Below are positions 1 to 10,400 of a DNA stretch of 49,201 nucleotides, piece after piece (positions within the stretch are counted from its first letter, which is position 1; each line of letters begins with the position of its first letter). A program made the translations under genes and the position numbers. This DNA comes from Euryarchaeota archaeon UBA251 (GTDB taxonomy: Archaea > Thermoplasmatota > Poseidoniia > Poseidoniales > Thalassarchaeaceae): positions 1 to 49,201 of the forward strand of contig DAFJ01000059.1 in the NCBI GenBank assembly GCA_002497905.1, read 5' to 3'. The notes beneath the pieces are model-generated. The model ran no database searches. It saw nothing but the letters and a program-made list of their open reading frames with translations, and was not told the origin of the DNA.

Positions 1-1
1 C

Positions 2-1162
2 AGAGAAGTCGCAGACGGCGCAGAAGTTACTCTGAAACCCAATGAGGCCTGCGTTGTAATTGAGGATGGTAAGATTGCAGGCGTCGCATCTCAGCGTCAT
101 ATGGAAGTCAACCCTGAGGCCGGCCTTCTCTCCAAGATGTTTGGTCGAGGAAACCCGAAGCGCAGTTTCCTGTTTGCTTTCCTTGGACCTCATGAGATGA
201 TCATCAAGGTCTCTGCCATTACGAAAGATGGCCGTACTGCAAACGGATTCGTTGTTCTTCGTGCAGTATTTACGAGAGAAACGATCCCACGTCTTCTCCA
301 GATTCCCGCGAAAGGCACAATGAATATCACAATTGGAGATTTGGTGTCGAGGATTGAGGCAGAGGTCAACGCTACTATCGCACCTCGTGTGCGAGAGACA
401 TTGGAGGCGGACCTCAAGGATCAGGGAGCTACAGAGGACCTCATGATGGATATCAAGATGGGCACACGTGGAACCATGGAATCACTAGGGATGACACTTC
501 AATCGAGTTTCATCAATTGGAGCGTTACTGAGGCTGAGAGAGTGCTTCAGATGCGGGCCGATTTGGAAGTTCTCGCTGAGAAGAATGCGATTGTAGACGA
601 GCAGTCATCAATGGAAATGGAGCGTTCTCTCCAGGCGAATCTAATGCGAGCCGAAATGGAGGCACGTGCCTCAATGGCTTCACTCGCAGCGGATGAACGC
701 GCTAAGGCCGAGATGGAACTCGCTCGGATTCGCGCTCAGGGAGATATTGACAATGAACGCTGGGAACAAGTTAAGGCACTACATCAGGACCGTCAGGACC
801 TCCGTCGCACTGAGGAAATTCTCGACGGTGATCATCAGTTAGCTCTTGCCCGGATTGAGGCTGAACGCCAGCGAGTTCTCCAAGAGCCTACGTTCGAAGC
901 CGAGCGCACACGTAAGGAGGCTGCAATGGACATGTTCGATGCGGTACAGCAGCGTAAGAAGGAACGGCTGACTATGGAGGCAGAGAGGGAGCGCGTACGT
1001 GTCGAAGCTCAAGCGAAGGGTTCGGAAGCAATCATCTCTACCTTAACCGAAATCGCCCAATCTAGCAAGGACCCTGAAGTGGCGATGGAAGCATTGCGCC
1101 AGTTGGCTGAGATTCGGAAGGCGGATGTTGCTGGCGCTAAGGATGCATATATTGACGATTGA
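2..1162 (+). CDS. SPFH/band-7-like protein with long coiled-coil C-terminus (5'-truncated)
   Basis: Frame is open from the window edge (REVADGAEVTLKPNEACVVIEDGKI..., typical of an SPFH N-terminal 'V.pne.av.v.dG' segment). The C-terminal half is E/R/A/Q-rich and helical. Confidence 0.55.
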   Translation, partial: REVADGAEVTLKPNEACVVIEDGKIAGVASQRHMEVNPEAGLLSKMFGRGNPKRSFLFAFLGPHEMIIKVSAITKDGRTANGFVVLRAVFTRETIPRLLQIPAKGTMNITIGDLVSRIEAEVNATIAPRVRETLEADLKDQGATEDLMMDIKMGTRGTMESLGMTLQSSFINWSVTEAERVLQMRADLEVLAEKNAIVDEQSSMEMERSLQANLMRAEMEARASMASLAADERAKAEMELARIRAQGDIDNERWEQVKALHQDRQDLRRTEEILDGDHQLALARIEAERQRVLQEPTFEAERTRKEAAMDMFDAVQQRKKERLTMEAERERVRVEAQAKGSEAIISTLTEIAQSSKDPEVAMEALRQLAEIRKADVAGAKDAYIDD

Positions 1163-1172
1163 ATCTCTACTA

Positions 1173-2858
1173 TTATCGTTCATCTCTGTCAATATTCTCG
1201 AGGAATTCATCAATCATTGATTGACTCCAACCAGCGAATATAGGCTCTTCATCAGCCTCATCAACATCCTCTACTTCGTCATCCCACCCTTCAACTTCCA
1301 TTGGGTTAAATTCGAGATATTCATCATCCCCATGAAACCAATCATTTGCCTCACCCATGTCACGGTAATGAGTTTCCATTGCTTTAGCCCATGTAACTGC
1401 GGTTGGAACCGATTTGCAGGCTAATCGAATATCCACTGCCGGTTCCAGTGTTTCTACTCTGGTTTTTGTCTCGATATCGTTTCGGAGAGTGAGGACATAC
1501 GTCACAATCATGTCGCCAATTGGTTGAGAATCTTTCATATCGATACATGGTTCAAAATATACCTCATTTTGGTCTGGATTCATTGCCACGTCCATGCTTC
1601 GGTAAGACTGAATATGCATTTTTTGTTCTGAGGTTATTTTCAACCGATGCCCGAGGCCAGATTGCCCTTCAACAACGATGTAATCATCCACAACTTGCAT
1701 TGAATCGGCCTCTGCCTCCATTACAGAATTGAGTAAACGAAGAGAACGAGCGTTTGCGTCGTCGGGGGCTTTTCGTTTTCCTTCCCAACAATGGCCGAGG
1801 GCAAGTAGAAGGTCTCCTAACTCGGTGTCATACGGATACATCTTGAGGGTAATTAGAATCCTCCAGAGGTCGAGATCAAGTGGTACATCGATGAGTTCAA
1901 TTTCATTTCCCCGCAGTATGGGTAGGAAGAGTTCTCCCTTCAGGCACGTCAAGGTGCCACTATTAGATACAACTCTCGTAGTTTCCTTTTCGTCCCCGAC
2001 GAGTAACTGTTCCCATGCATGGACTACAGGCCCTCCGAGGAAGGAAATCAGTCGATTTCGTGCGAGCCAATGGTCTACTTGGAATGGGTGTCCACCATCA
2101 CTGTATTCCACACTGAGCCAAGCATGAATTGCCGAGAATGGATTTGCAGTCCATGGGCCAGGTATGCTGTATAGGCCTTCAACAAGTGTCTTTGATTTCT
2201 GCATTGATTGAGTTGTATAAAATGAGCCTTCCATGCAAGGTCCAGAACCGATGGCCCACAAGCATTGAATGACTGCCTTCCAATCATTGAAACCTGAGCC
2301 TAGTGCTCCATTCGTTTCACCAGATGAGATGAGATATCCGAGATCAAAGAGGGGGACTGCACGGTTTCCGATGTGTCCAGATTGAACCAGTTCGGATGCG
2401 TGGATATCGAAGGTCAGATAGCCATTGGGAATTGGGAGTTCGGCTATTGATTTCATGCCGAATGCTTTCTTCGTAGCCATTATCTTAACAAAATCCGCAT
2501 CTCCTATTTTTTCAGCTAAAATCTCCCATTGCCTTCTTTCCTCATCAGACCATTTGTCTTTCAGATTTAGATTAGGCTGAACCGCATTGACCAGTGGTAG
2601 ATTCACCATTGCTTTCTTGATAGCATCCCAACGGTCAAAATCGGTATTTCCTTCGCAACTATCTATGATTTTAACAGCTCTACGGTATGCGGTTTCGCAC
2701 GGTAAAGGCAAGCGTCCCTCCATTTTTACCGATGTTGCAGCAATTTTGCAAGCACTGTGAAAAACTCTCACTTCCCCACTATCAAGTTCTCGATTTATGC
2801 CTCCACCACAGATTTGACAGGTAACCCTGTTATGATGTTCGAAAGCCGTGGTAGACAT
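1173..2858 (-). CDS. Hypothetical protein with N-terminal CxxC...HxxC zinc-finger-like motif and acidic tail
   Basis: Long ORF filling the gap; CQIC...HSAC motif. Start placed at ATG 2858 because TTTATA lies about 30 nt upstream on the minus strand. Confidence 0.7.
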   Translation of the reverse strand: MSTTAFEHHNRVTCQICGGGINRELDSGEVRVFHSACKIAATSVKMEGRLPLPCETAYRRAVKIIDSCEGNTDFDRWDAIKKAMVNLPLVNAVQPNLNLKDKWSDEERRQWEILAEKIGDADFVKIMATKKAFGMKSIAELPIPNGYLTFDIHASELVQSGHIGNRAVPLFDLGYLISSGETNGALGSGFNDWKAVIQCLWAIGSGPCMEGSFYTTQSMQKSKTLVEGLYSIPGPWTANPFSAIHAWLSVEYSDGGHPFQVDHWLARNRLISFLGGPVVHAWEQLLVGDEKETTRVVSNSGTLTCLKGELFLPILRGNEIELIDVPLDLDLWRILITLKMYPYDTELGDLLLALGHCWEGKRKAPDDANARSLRLLNSVMEAEADSMQVVDDYIVVEGQSGLGHRLKITSEQKMHIQSYRSMDVAMNPDQNEVYFEPCIDMKDSQPIGDMIVTYVLTLRNDIETKTRVETLEPAVDIRLACKSVPTAVTWAKAMETHYRDMGEANDWFHGDDEYLEFNPMEVEGWDDEVEDVDEADEEPIFAGWSQSMIDEFLENIDRDER

Positions 2859-2981
2859 GCTAAAGTAAGTGCACATTGAGAGGGTATAAACCGAACATGA
2901 TTCAGCCAAGACGACTGCGTTGTCTGGCCCGATTCTTCTTATATGGGGGGAATGTCGGCTGCTTGCTCAGAGGTGTATGAC

Positions 2982-3572
2982 GTGGCCAAGTCAGCTTATC
3001 ATCACGTCCGAGAAGCGTGGAAGCGGCCCAAGGCCAACATGTCCACCCATCACCGTCGTGATCGCCAAGCTCAGTGGCGCAGAGAACCGGTATTCCAGCG
3101 TATTGCCAAGCCTACTCGTATCGATGCGGCGCGTCGTATGGGGTACAAGGCAAAGCAGGGTGTTGTGATGATTCGAACCCGCGCTCGCCGTGGTGGACTA
3201 CGTAAGGGTAAGATCCACATGAAGCGGAAGCCATCTAAGGCTGGTATTCGGAAGATTACGATGGCTAAGTCCATCCAACGTATTGCTGAGGAGCGCGTCT
3301 CCCGTCGTTATCCAAATCTTGAGGTTCTCAACTCGTATTGGGTCGGCCAAGATGGTAAGAACAAGTTCTTCGAAGTCATTTGTATCGATCCTGCCCACCC
3401 TGCAATCAAGTCTGATAAGCACCTTGGTGCGATTACTAACTCCAGCAACCGTGGTCGTGCGTACCGTGGTAAGACCAGCGCTGGTAAGCGCGGCCGTGGA
3501 CTCCTCAACAAGGGTAAGGGTGCAGAGAAACTCCGCCCGAGCCTTGCAGCCAACAAGAATCGAGGCAAGTGA
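2982..3572 (+). CDS. rpl15e: 50S ribosomal protein L15e
   Basis: Motifs PTRIDAARRMGYKAKQG, IAEERV, YPNLEVLNSYWVGQDG and GRAYRGKTSAGKRGRGL. GTG start with SD GAGGTG at 2970-2975. Confidence 0.97.
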   Translation: MAKSAYHHVREAWKRPKANMSTHHRRDRQAQWRREPVFQRIAKPTRIDAARRMGYKAKQGVVMIRTRARRGGLRKGKIHMKRKPSKAGIRKITMAKSIQRIAEERVSRRYPNLEVLNSYWVGQDGKNKFFEVICIDPAHPAIKSDKHLGAITNSSNRGRAYRGKTSAGKRGRGLLNKGKGAEKLRPSLAANKNRGK

Positions 3573-3624
3573 TCGTCTCTGATTCGGATAAGGTTCAATG
3601 ATGGGCACCTCTGTTTGACGCCTG

Positions 3625-3879
3625 ATGTCAGACCTCCGAGCGGAACAGTTGCGAAACTTACCCGTGATTCTCCCGGATGGGCGCGCACTCGGTGTCGTTC
3701 ATGATGCAATTGTCGAGACGGAGACTACATCGATCACCCATCTCTTCGTCACAAATCCACCAGTTCATCTTGTCGAAGATGGCGTGCATATCGCCATTCC
3801 ATGGCGTTGGGTCCGTTCCATTGGTGATGTCGTTCTTCTCCGTTGGTTCCCTCAGACCCCAGTACCTAAGTCTCGTTGA
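3625..3879 (+). CDS. PRC-barrel domain protein
   Basis: 84 aa with PRC pattern 'LRNLPVILPDGRALGVVHD...IPWRWVRSIGDVVLL'. Confidence 0.8.
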   Translation: MSDLRAEQLRNLPVILPDGRALGVVHDAIVETETTSITHLFVTNPPVHLVEDGVHIAIPWRWVRSIGDVVLLRWFPQTPVPKSR

Positions 3880-3897
3880 AGACATTCGGATGGATTC

Positions 3898-5007
3898 ATG
3901 AGCGAAGCCCCCGGCTCCTTCAACGTGCTTTCCCTCCATGTTCTCGGTACCTCGTCGGCTAAACCGACCAAGGGAAGGAGTGTTTCTGGGTCCTACTTAA
4001 TGACGCCAGGTGGGGCTGTACTCGTCGATTGTGGCGAAGGAATGCAGGAACGAATTGCGGTCCATGATCGATGGTTGCGACGAATTGGATCAGAGGATCG
4101 GACACGCCTAGGCCGTGTACGTGCAGTGTTGCTGACACATGGGCATCTCGATCATTGTTGGGGGCTTCTCCCTATGCTTCATACGATGGATAAAGACGGC
4201 CGAACCGCCCCATTAGCTATCCATGGACCAACGTCTAGAGCGGCTCTTCGTTGGGTCGAAGAGGGACATAATAGTGCACCGAGTCTAGATTCTGGAATTC
4301 ATCCTGGAGATCTTGCCATTCAGTTTGACTGGTGGCGTAGACATGGTGGAAAGGAGGGTACGTTGAGATTTGATGTGGAATGGAATCTGCATCCAGTGGA
4401 TGATATTGGAATAGACGGAGTTGAGATTCTCAATCTTGATGGCACTTTGTTCCATGCTTTTCAGACCAATCATGGTGTTCCATCGATTGCCTATAGGGTC
4501 CGTACACCCAGTGTTCCTGGGCGATTTAATATCGAGGATGCACGTGCATCAGGCCTTGACGAGAATGCCATCAGAGACATTGCTAAGGATTCAAATTCGG
4601 ATGAACATCGGGGTCCGCGTAGGCAAGAGAGGACATTGATTCTTTCAGGTGACACTGCTGCAAATGTCTCCTCGTTTAACGAATCTATTGGGCCAGTGGA
4701 TGTTCTTGTGCATGAAGCAACATTTGACGACGCGCATGAGGAGCAAGCTTCTGCTTACGGCCATAGTACTGCTAGACAGGCGGCCCATGTAGGTGTGGAG
4801 ATGGGTGCTAGACTGGTCGCCTTGAACCACTTTTCTTCTCGCTTCCAAGATTTGTCACATCTAGGTGATGAAGCGGCAGAGATTCATCCAAACTGTCATT
4901 TGTTGGAGGATGGGGACCGATTACAAGTAGACCGTGATGGAATGATTCGAGTAGATCGTCGGACTGCGGATGCTTGGGCCAACATTCTCCACCTTGGATT
5001 GGAATGA
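3898..5007 (+). CDS. rnz: Ribonuclease Z (metallo-beta-lactamase fold)
   Basis: Motifs LGTSSAKP, VDCGEG, THGHLDH, SGDT, HEATF, GHST and NHFSSRF. Confidence 0.9.
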   Translation: MSEAPGSFNVLSLHVLGTSSAKPTKGRSVSGSYLMTPGGAVLVDCGEGMQERIAVHDRWLRRIGSEDRTRLGRVRAVLLTHGHLDHCWGLLPMLHTMDKDGRTAPLAIHGPTSRAALRWVEEGHNSAPSLDSGIHPGDLAIQFDWWRRHGGKEGTLRFDVEWNLHPVDDIGIDGVEILNLDGTLFHAFQTNHGVPSIAYRVRTPSVPGRFNIEDARASGLDENAIRDIAKDSNSDEHRGPRRQERTLILSGDTAANVSSFNESIGPVDVLVHEATFDDAHEEQASAYGHSTARQAAHVGVEMGARLVALNHFSSRFQDLSHLGDEAAEIHPNCHLLEDGDRLQVDRDGMIRVDRRTADAWANILHLGLE

Positions 5008-5053
5008 AGCGTTTAGCGGTTTGATTCAAGAGATGCACGTTTAGTTCGGCACC

Positions 5054-7396
5054 ATGCGTCGGGTGATTCTACTAGTCACTCTTCTCTTTTTTTCTGCTGC
5101 AGTTCCGACGACATTGGCCACTTCAGCCCGAACTCAGGACTGTTCGGAGGCTTCGGGTGATGGTGCATGGGTTCTTCCCGATCAAGATTGTATTATGTTC
5201 GATCTTGGTAGTATCACTCCCGGCGACACAATTCAGTTTGGTTTCGATTCCGATGTTGAAGTGGATGTACTGATGTTTAGTGCTGCAGGATATGCCGTAT
5301 ACTCAAACGATCAATCCTACCGTTCAGAAAACGTATGGTCGGAGACCGGTACGCTTGAGTTGCTCAATGGAACTGCTGATTGGCGTTGGACAGCCCCAGA
5401 GGATCGAAGTCAGACATCTTGGATTCTCATAATCGATAATCTGGATCATCCTCAAGATGACGATCAAGGCGCTCTAGGAGGGTCCTCTGCATCTGGCTCG
5501 ATTACATATGGCCCTGCAACAATCCGTTCTTGGACGCTACACGATACTCTGACTCATCTTGATACGGACGAGGGTGTGGATTTGGCGGGGCCGTTCTCTT
5601 TCATGGAAGGAACACAGGTACTGATTGAGACATTTGCAATTGACGGAGCCCCAGATGTCTTTTTGATGACACAGCAGCAGCGCGATCTCTATCTTCAAGA
5701 CAGTTCCAACGACTTCCGCATTTCTGACACGGAGATTCTCTCCATCACCACTTCTAGTTCTCGATCTTGGTCAGTTCCTTCAGTCCATGCCGACCAACCT
5801 CTCCACCTTATGGTCGATAACACGGCTTCACCCAATGGCGGTGGTTCCGGTGCTGTTTCCGCACGCGTCGGAGTTGTTCTCTCCATTCTCCCAGTCGTGG
5901 ATGCAGTTCTCACAAGCACGACAGATCTCCTAAAGGTGGATGTAGGCCAGATCGTTAACATCGATGCCAGTGGTTCTCCTGATGATTGGAATCAAATTGC
6001 TGAGAACGGATACGCATGGGATACCGCACTAGCAGATTGCGCTACATCAACGACAGGTTCCAGTGTTGATTTGTGTTGGACAACTGAGGGTGTCAGGACT
6101 GTTGAGGTCACTGTAGATTCAATCGACGGCAGAAGTGCAACGAACTCTCTTCAAGTCACAGTCGTTGATCAAACAAAGCCTACAGCAGAGATTCTAGTAT
6201 CGGGAATCATCGATCGTGGAGTCGGTGAATCATTCACTATCACAGCTCGGTCCACAGACAACGGTTTCGTACAGAAGGAGGAATGGTTCGTTGATGGACT
6301 CTTAGAGCAGAGTAGTAATGGTTCAGGGTCAAGTTTCACTCATTCCTTCGATGCTGCATCGGATGTAGGGCCTCATACTGTGACACTTGTGGTGCATGAT
6401 GGAGCTGGAAATACACAAGAGGACACCGCTAATATCGAAGTGTCTGATGTCACCGCTCCTATCATCGATAATGTCACCGGGCCGGCCTCAAAGGAGTATG
6501 GAGCAATAGCAACCTTTTCTGCTACGGCATCCGATCCAGAAGATTCCGAACTTAATTTCACGTGGGACTTTGACAGCACAGTTGATTCCGACGGTAATGG
6601 TATCCCAGATGATGATGTAGATGGAAATGGAAGTATGGTAGAGATTCAGTTTACATCGGCAGGTAGCCGCTTCGTAATTTGTACTGCAACCAATGATGCG
6701 GGCCTATCTACATCAAGATCTACATCCATTACTATCCTCAACCCCGATGCAGAAGATACTGGAAGCGGATTTCCTCATGGTACACTTTTTGTTACCCTTT
6801 TGTTCACTATCATTCCTTTCGCAATCGCCGTCGGAATTCTTCTGTGGCGCCGTAGTACGAATCAGCTTGCTGCCCGCCTCCTCGCTGAACGTCAGGCAGA
6901 AGAAGAGGCTGCCGCGTCCGCTCCTCCGCCAACAGCCGAGGAGCAGGCAGCAATGTTTGCTTCCAGGAGTAATGGCGAAGATTTCGCATCCATTGCAGGT
7001 ATTGCTCAACGTGATTACTCATCCACAACATCAACCGAATCGGATAGCCGTAGTTCGCCCGTGTTGGATGATCTTTTTTCAGAGGATGATGAGGTTCCTG
7101 TTGTAGAGGAGAAAACTATCGATAATGATTCTAATAGCACTTTAGCGGCTGAGAAATCTAGGGTTTCTACTCCTAATCCTGCCCCGTCTAGGCTTGGAAT
7201 CGAGATTCCAGACTTTGATACAGATTCTACAGTATCTCCCTCTTCTTCATCAGAGGTGCAATCATCTCATTCTTTGATGGTGCAAGCAACCTGCACTTCC
7301 TGTGAGGCCCGTTTCAAGGTTGAACTCCCGTCAGAACGTAGTTCTGGCCGCACCGCATGCCCCTCTTGCGGCGAGATACAAACAGTATCTCGATGA
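5054..7396 (+). CDS. Secreted PKD-domain protein with TM anchor and C-terminal zinc ribbon
   Basis: Signal peptide; PKD-like repeats (IDASGS..YAWD, FTWDFD with a DSDGNGIPDDD Ca-loop); TM LFVTLLFTIIPFAIAVGILLWRR; terminal CTSC...CPSC. Confidence 0.85.
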   Translation: MRRVILLVTLLFFSAAVPTTLATSARTQDCSEASGDGAWVLPDQDCIMFDLGSITPGDTIQFGFDSDVEVDVLMFSAAGYAVYSNDQSYRSENVWSETGTLELLNGTADWRWTAPEDRSQTSWILIIDNLDHPQDDDQGALGGSSASGSITYGPATIRSWTLHDTLTHLDTDEGVDLAGPFSFMEGTQVLIETFAIDGAPDVFLMTQQQRDLYLQDSSNDFRISDTEILSITTSSSRSWSVPSVHADQPLHLMVDNTASPNGGGSGAVSARVGVVLSILPVVDAVLTSTTDLLKVDVGQIVNIDASGSPDDWNQIAENGYAWDTALADCATSTTGSSVDLCWTTEGVRTVEVTVDSIDGRSATNSLQVTVVDQTKPTAEILVSGIIDRGVGESFTITARSTDNGFVQKEEWFVDGLLEQSSNGSGSSFTHSFDAASDVGPHTVTLVVHDGAGNTQEDTANIEVSDVTAPIIDNVTGPASKEYGAIATFSATASDPEDSELNFTWDFDSTVDSDGNGIPDDDVDGNGSMVEIQFTSAGSRFVICTATNDAGLSTSRSTSITILNPDAEDTGSGFPHGTLFVTLLFTIIPFAIAVGILLWRRSTNQLAARLLAERQAEEEAAASAPPPTAEEQAAMFASRSNGEDFASIAGIAQRDYSSTTSTESDSRSSPVLDDLFSEDDEVPVVEEKTIDNDSNSTLAAEKSRVSTPNPAPSRLGIEIPDFDTDSTVSPSSSSEVQSSHSLMVQATCTSCEARFKVELPSERSSGRTACPSCGEIQTVSR

Positions 7397-7430
7397 GCCT
7401 TTGAAGCACAACCACGGGAATAGCCTAAAG

Positions 7431-10400
7431 ATGAGTTCGTCGAAGTTACAATCGATGGCTCCCTTAGTCGAGCGCAATCTTCCCCGGAAGAGCCTCGTAT
7501 TAGTCATCATCATGATTCTCTCTGTGTGGCTCCCCGTTCCGGCGGTTAGTGGGGCAATTCAGATTGACAATCGAGATTTCGGCGTCCTCGCAGAACTCTA
7601 CGGTGCCCTTGATACTCGTTCGGAATTACTCATCGATGATGGCGAGGGAGCCCTCGCTGCAAATTCGATGAGCTCAGTTGATTCCTCAATTCGTAATTCC
7701 TCCTCATCAGATGCGTTGGGATCAGCGGACAATCCAATCCCCGATGCCACATGGAAGAACATCACCATAGAACCGGTACAGCATCCGAGTCCATACGAGA
7801 TTATTCTTGATCCTTCGAGTGCACCGCCTGGGGCTACTGATAGCATCCTCAATACACTGATTAACATCACCGATTATGTCATCTGGACACAATATGAGAC
7901 CGTTAACGGAGAAGTTGTGGATAAGTTCGAAGTAATCGATTTCTCTGCTAGTTTACTTTCGCTTTTCCCTCCTCTACCAGGTCAACCTACCCCCGACCCT
8001 TTCCTCCATGAAATCGATATTGACAATCTCTTGAATGATGGCTCCACATCGACAAACCAGAATTCTGGCGATCTTACAGAGGAAGGAGATTGTGGATACG
8101 ACATATCTGTAGGGCTTACAATTGCCATTGATTCAGGTGATGGTTGGGGTGTTGAGGGTACAAATATCTGGGTTGAGCCGACAATTGAGTTCAACGTGAA
8201 GATGTTCAATGGAGGCGTATCGACTTTCGATGCCGACTGTGATGAAACACCCGAATCAGAGGCGGGAGATGCAGTATGGGATTCCATGAAGACCTTACGT
8301 GTCTCTCTGTTCAAACAATTCACCTATTCTGAATCCTTGTTCTTTGGTTCGCCTGGTCCAAGTTACATTTGGGTCATCGATACCCACTACACAATACCTC
8401 CAGAAGATACATCTCTTGAGGTTGGCATCGAGAGAATTTGGTTCGATGCCCCTGGAACGGTCCTTAGTGCCTTGAATGGTCCATTAGGATTACTGGGTCT
8501 CCTTGGCGTGGACACCTCAGGGATCAAAATTGTCTCTATTGCTGCTCCATATGCAATCCATCTGGAGACTCTAGGGACCACTGCTTGTCCAACGGGATAT
8601 GATCCGGTCTTCGATGTCGATGCCAATCCGATTTTACATGGTTGTGGGACGCAAGCAGGATTCGGATATGTACATTTGAATGAACCCGTTAATGGACAAC
8701 GTGAAGCAATCGAGGTCGCCTATATCGAATTCAGTGCACATCCACCCATTTTCGACGACCGAATTCCATCAGAAGTGGATCTCGTTATACGAACGGATTC
8801 TGTACTGTCTACGACTGCAGCCGACATAGGAGAGGGCTCACTCACTTCGATAGAATACTTTGCAGATCGAAGAGCGGATATCCATGTTCATTTCCATGAG
8901 GACCGAAGAAACGTTGCTCCATCTACCATTGACGGCTCTTTCGGTAACGTGACAGAGAGTGCAGGGTGGCTGCGTGGGATGCCCGCAGGATCATTGGATC
9001 AGCTTGAGATTGAGCGCGTTTTCAAGATGCTAGGTTCGGATAAGTCCCCCGAACTTCCGGGTCGGCTCCCAGAACGACTAGGATTGATTATTGCAATCAA
9101 GAATTTTAGCAAGGACAACTCGCCGAATGCAAATGACCCCAGTCTCCCCGTGAACCCTGCTGATCCTCCGCAATCGCTGGTTGTAATCCGATCAGTCCAA
9201 TCTGTTACGGAAATTGATTACGGTTCTTGGTTCCTCAGAGAAGGCGCCGATGAGGACCGACGCCAGATACGTACCCGGTTGATTGGAATCCCAACGACTC
9301 TCGTTCTTTTCGGGAGTTTTGCAATCGATGGTGGAGATGAAGGAACGAATGCGACATTAGATGACCCCAACGGTGCCAGTTTGGATATCTTCTCCCGTAT
9401 TCTAGATACGACTATTCTCAATCTCGTTGACATATTCATCAATATTGGTTCAGCGTTGAATGCCGTCCCACAGGCGCTTGGTGAAGCCCTCTCCGGAGGG
9501 CTAGAGGCTGGTGGGGGGCTTGAAGGAACGGAATTCCATCTTCAGATGTTCGATGATCTGGGAGTTAATCGAATTCCAGATAGATTGGACCTAATTGAGA
9601 TGGATCTTGGCACATCTAATCATCCCACATTGGCTGGGGATCATATCTTTTTGTCCGAAGATCGAGATCTGGATCTTGTTCAGGGGCGGACTAATTCACG
9701 TGAACCATTGATGCCAATAGCCCTCAGCATCCGTCTTAGTGGCTTCAGTGCAGCCGATATTTCCGATGATCAATCTCTAGATGAGCAGATGCTCACGTTG
9801 GAAACTGTGAATTCTCAGCCATTGCGTGTTGGTTTCATCCAACATGATGCTGACAGCCTCATCGGGGCGTCACTCCATATTGTGCAGATTAGTGCATTAC
9901 CTGACAAAATGTCCATGTCTCTCCAACCAAGTAAGACCTTCTGGAATGCAAGCGACTCTGTCGACGAGATTACTTACATCGGACTTTCCGAGGATCAGCG
10001 ACAAGTTGTCCGCATGCGAGATGTACCAATGAGTTTCGAGATGGAGGTAGCTGATTCGTTCTCATGGGTTGCAACGGAACCAATGACTAGTGTAGAGATT
10101 CAGGTGAGTAACCACACGGCTCCTAAGACAATGGATGATGACCATTTCTTGTTCAATTACGACGGCCTCACTGACACAGCATATCTTTCTGCGCGGATAA
10201 CGAATCTTTCTGAAATCACATTCATCAAAGCGGATACTGATGTGAATCCAGAAGCTCTTGATTCAATCCAGTTACGCGTGGACGGTAACCGGACCTTCCG
10301 CTCTTCAATTCAACACGTGCCTGGACCAAATGATCCTTCAACGCGCGGACTCCACCTCAGGGCCTTGATTGATCCACTTCCCGGTATCATATCGATGGAT

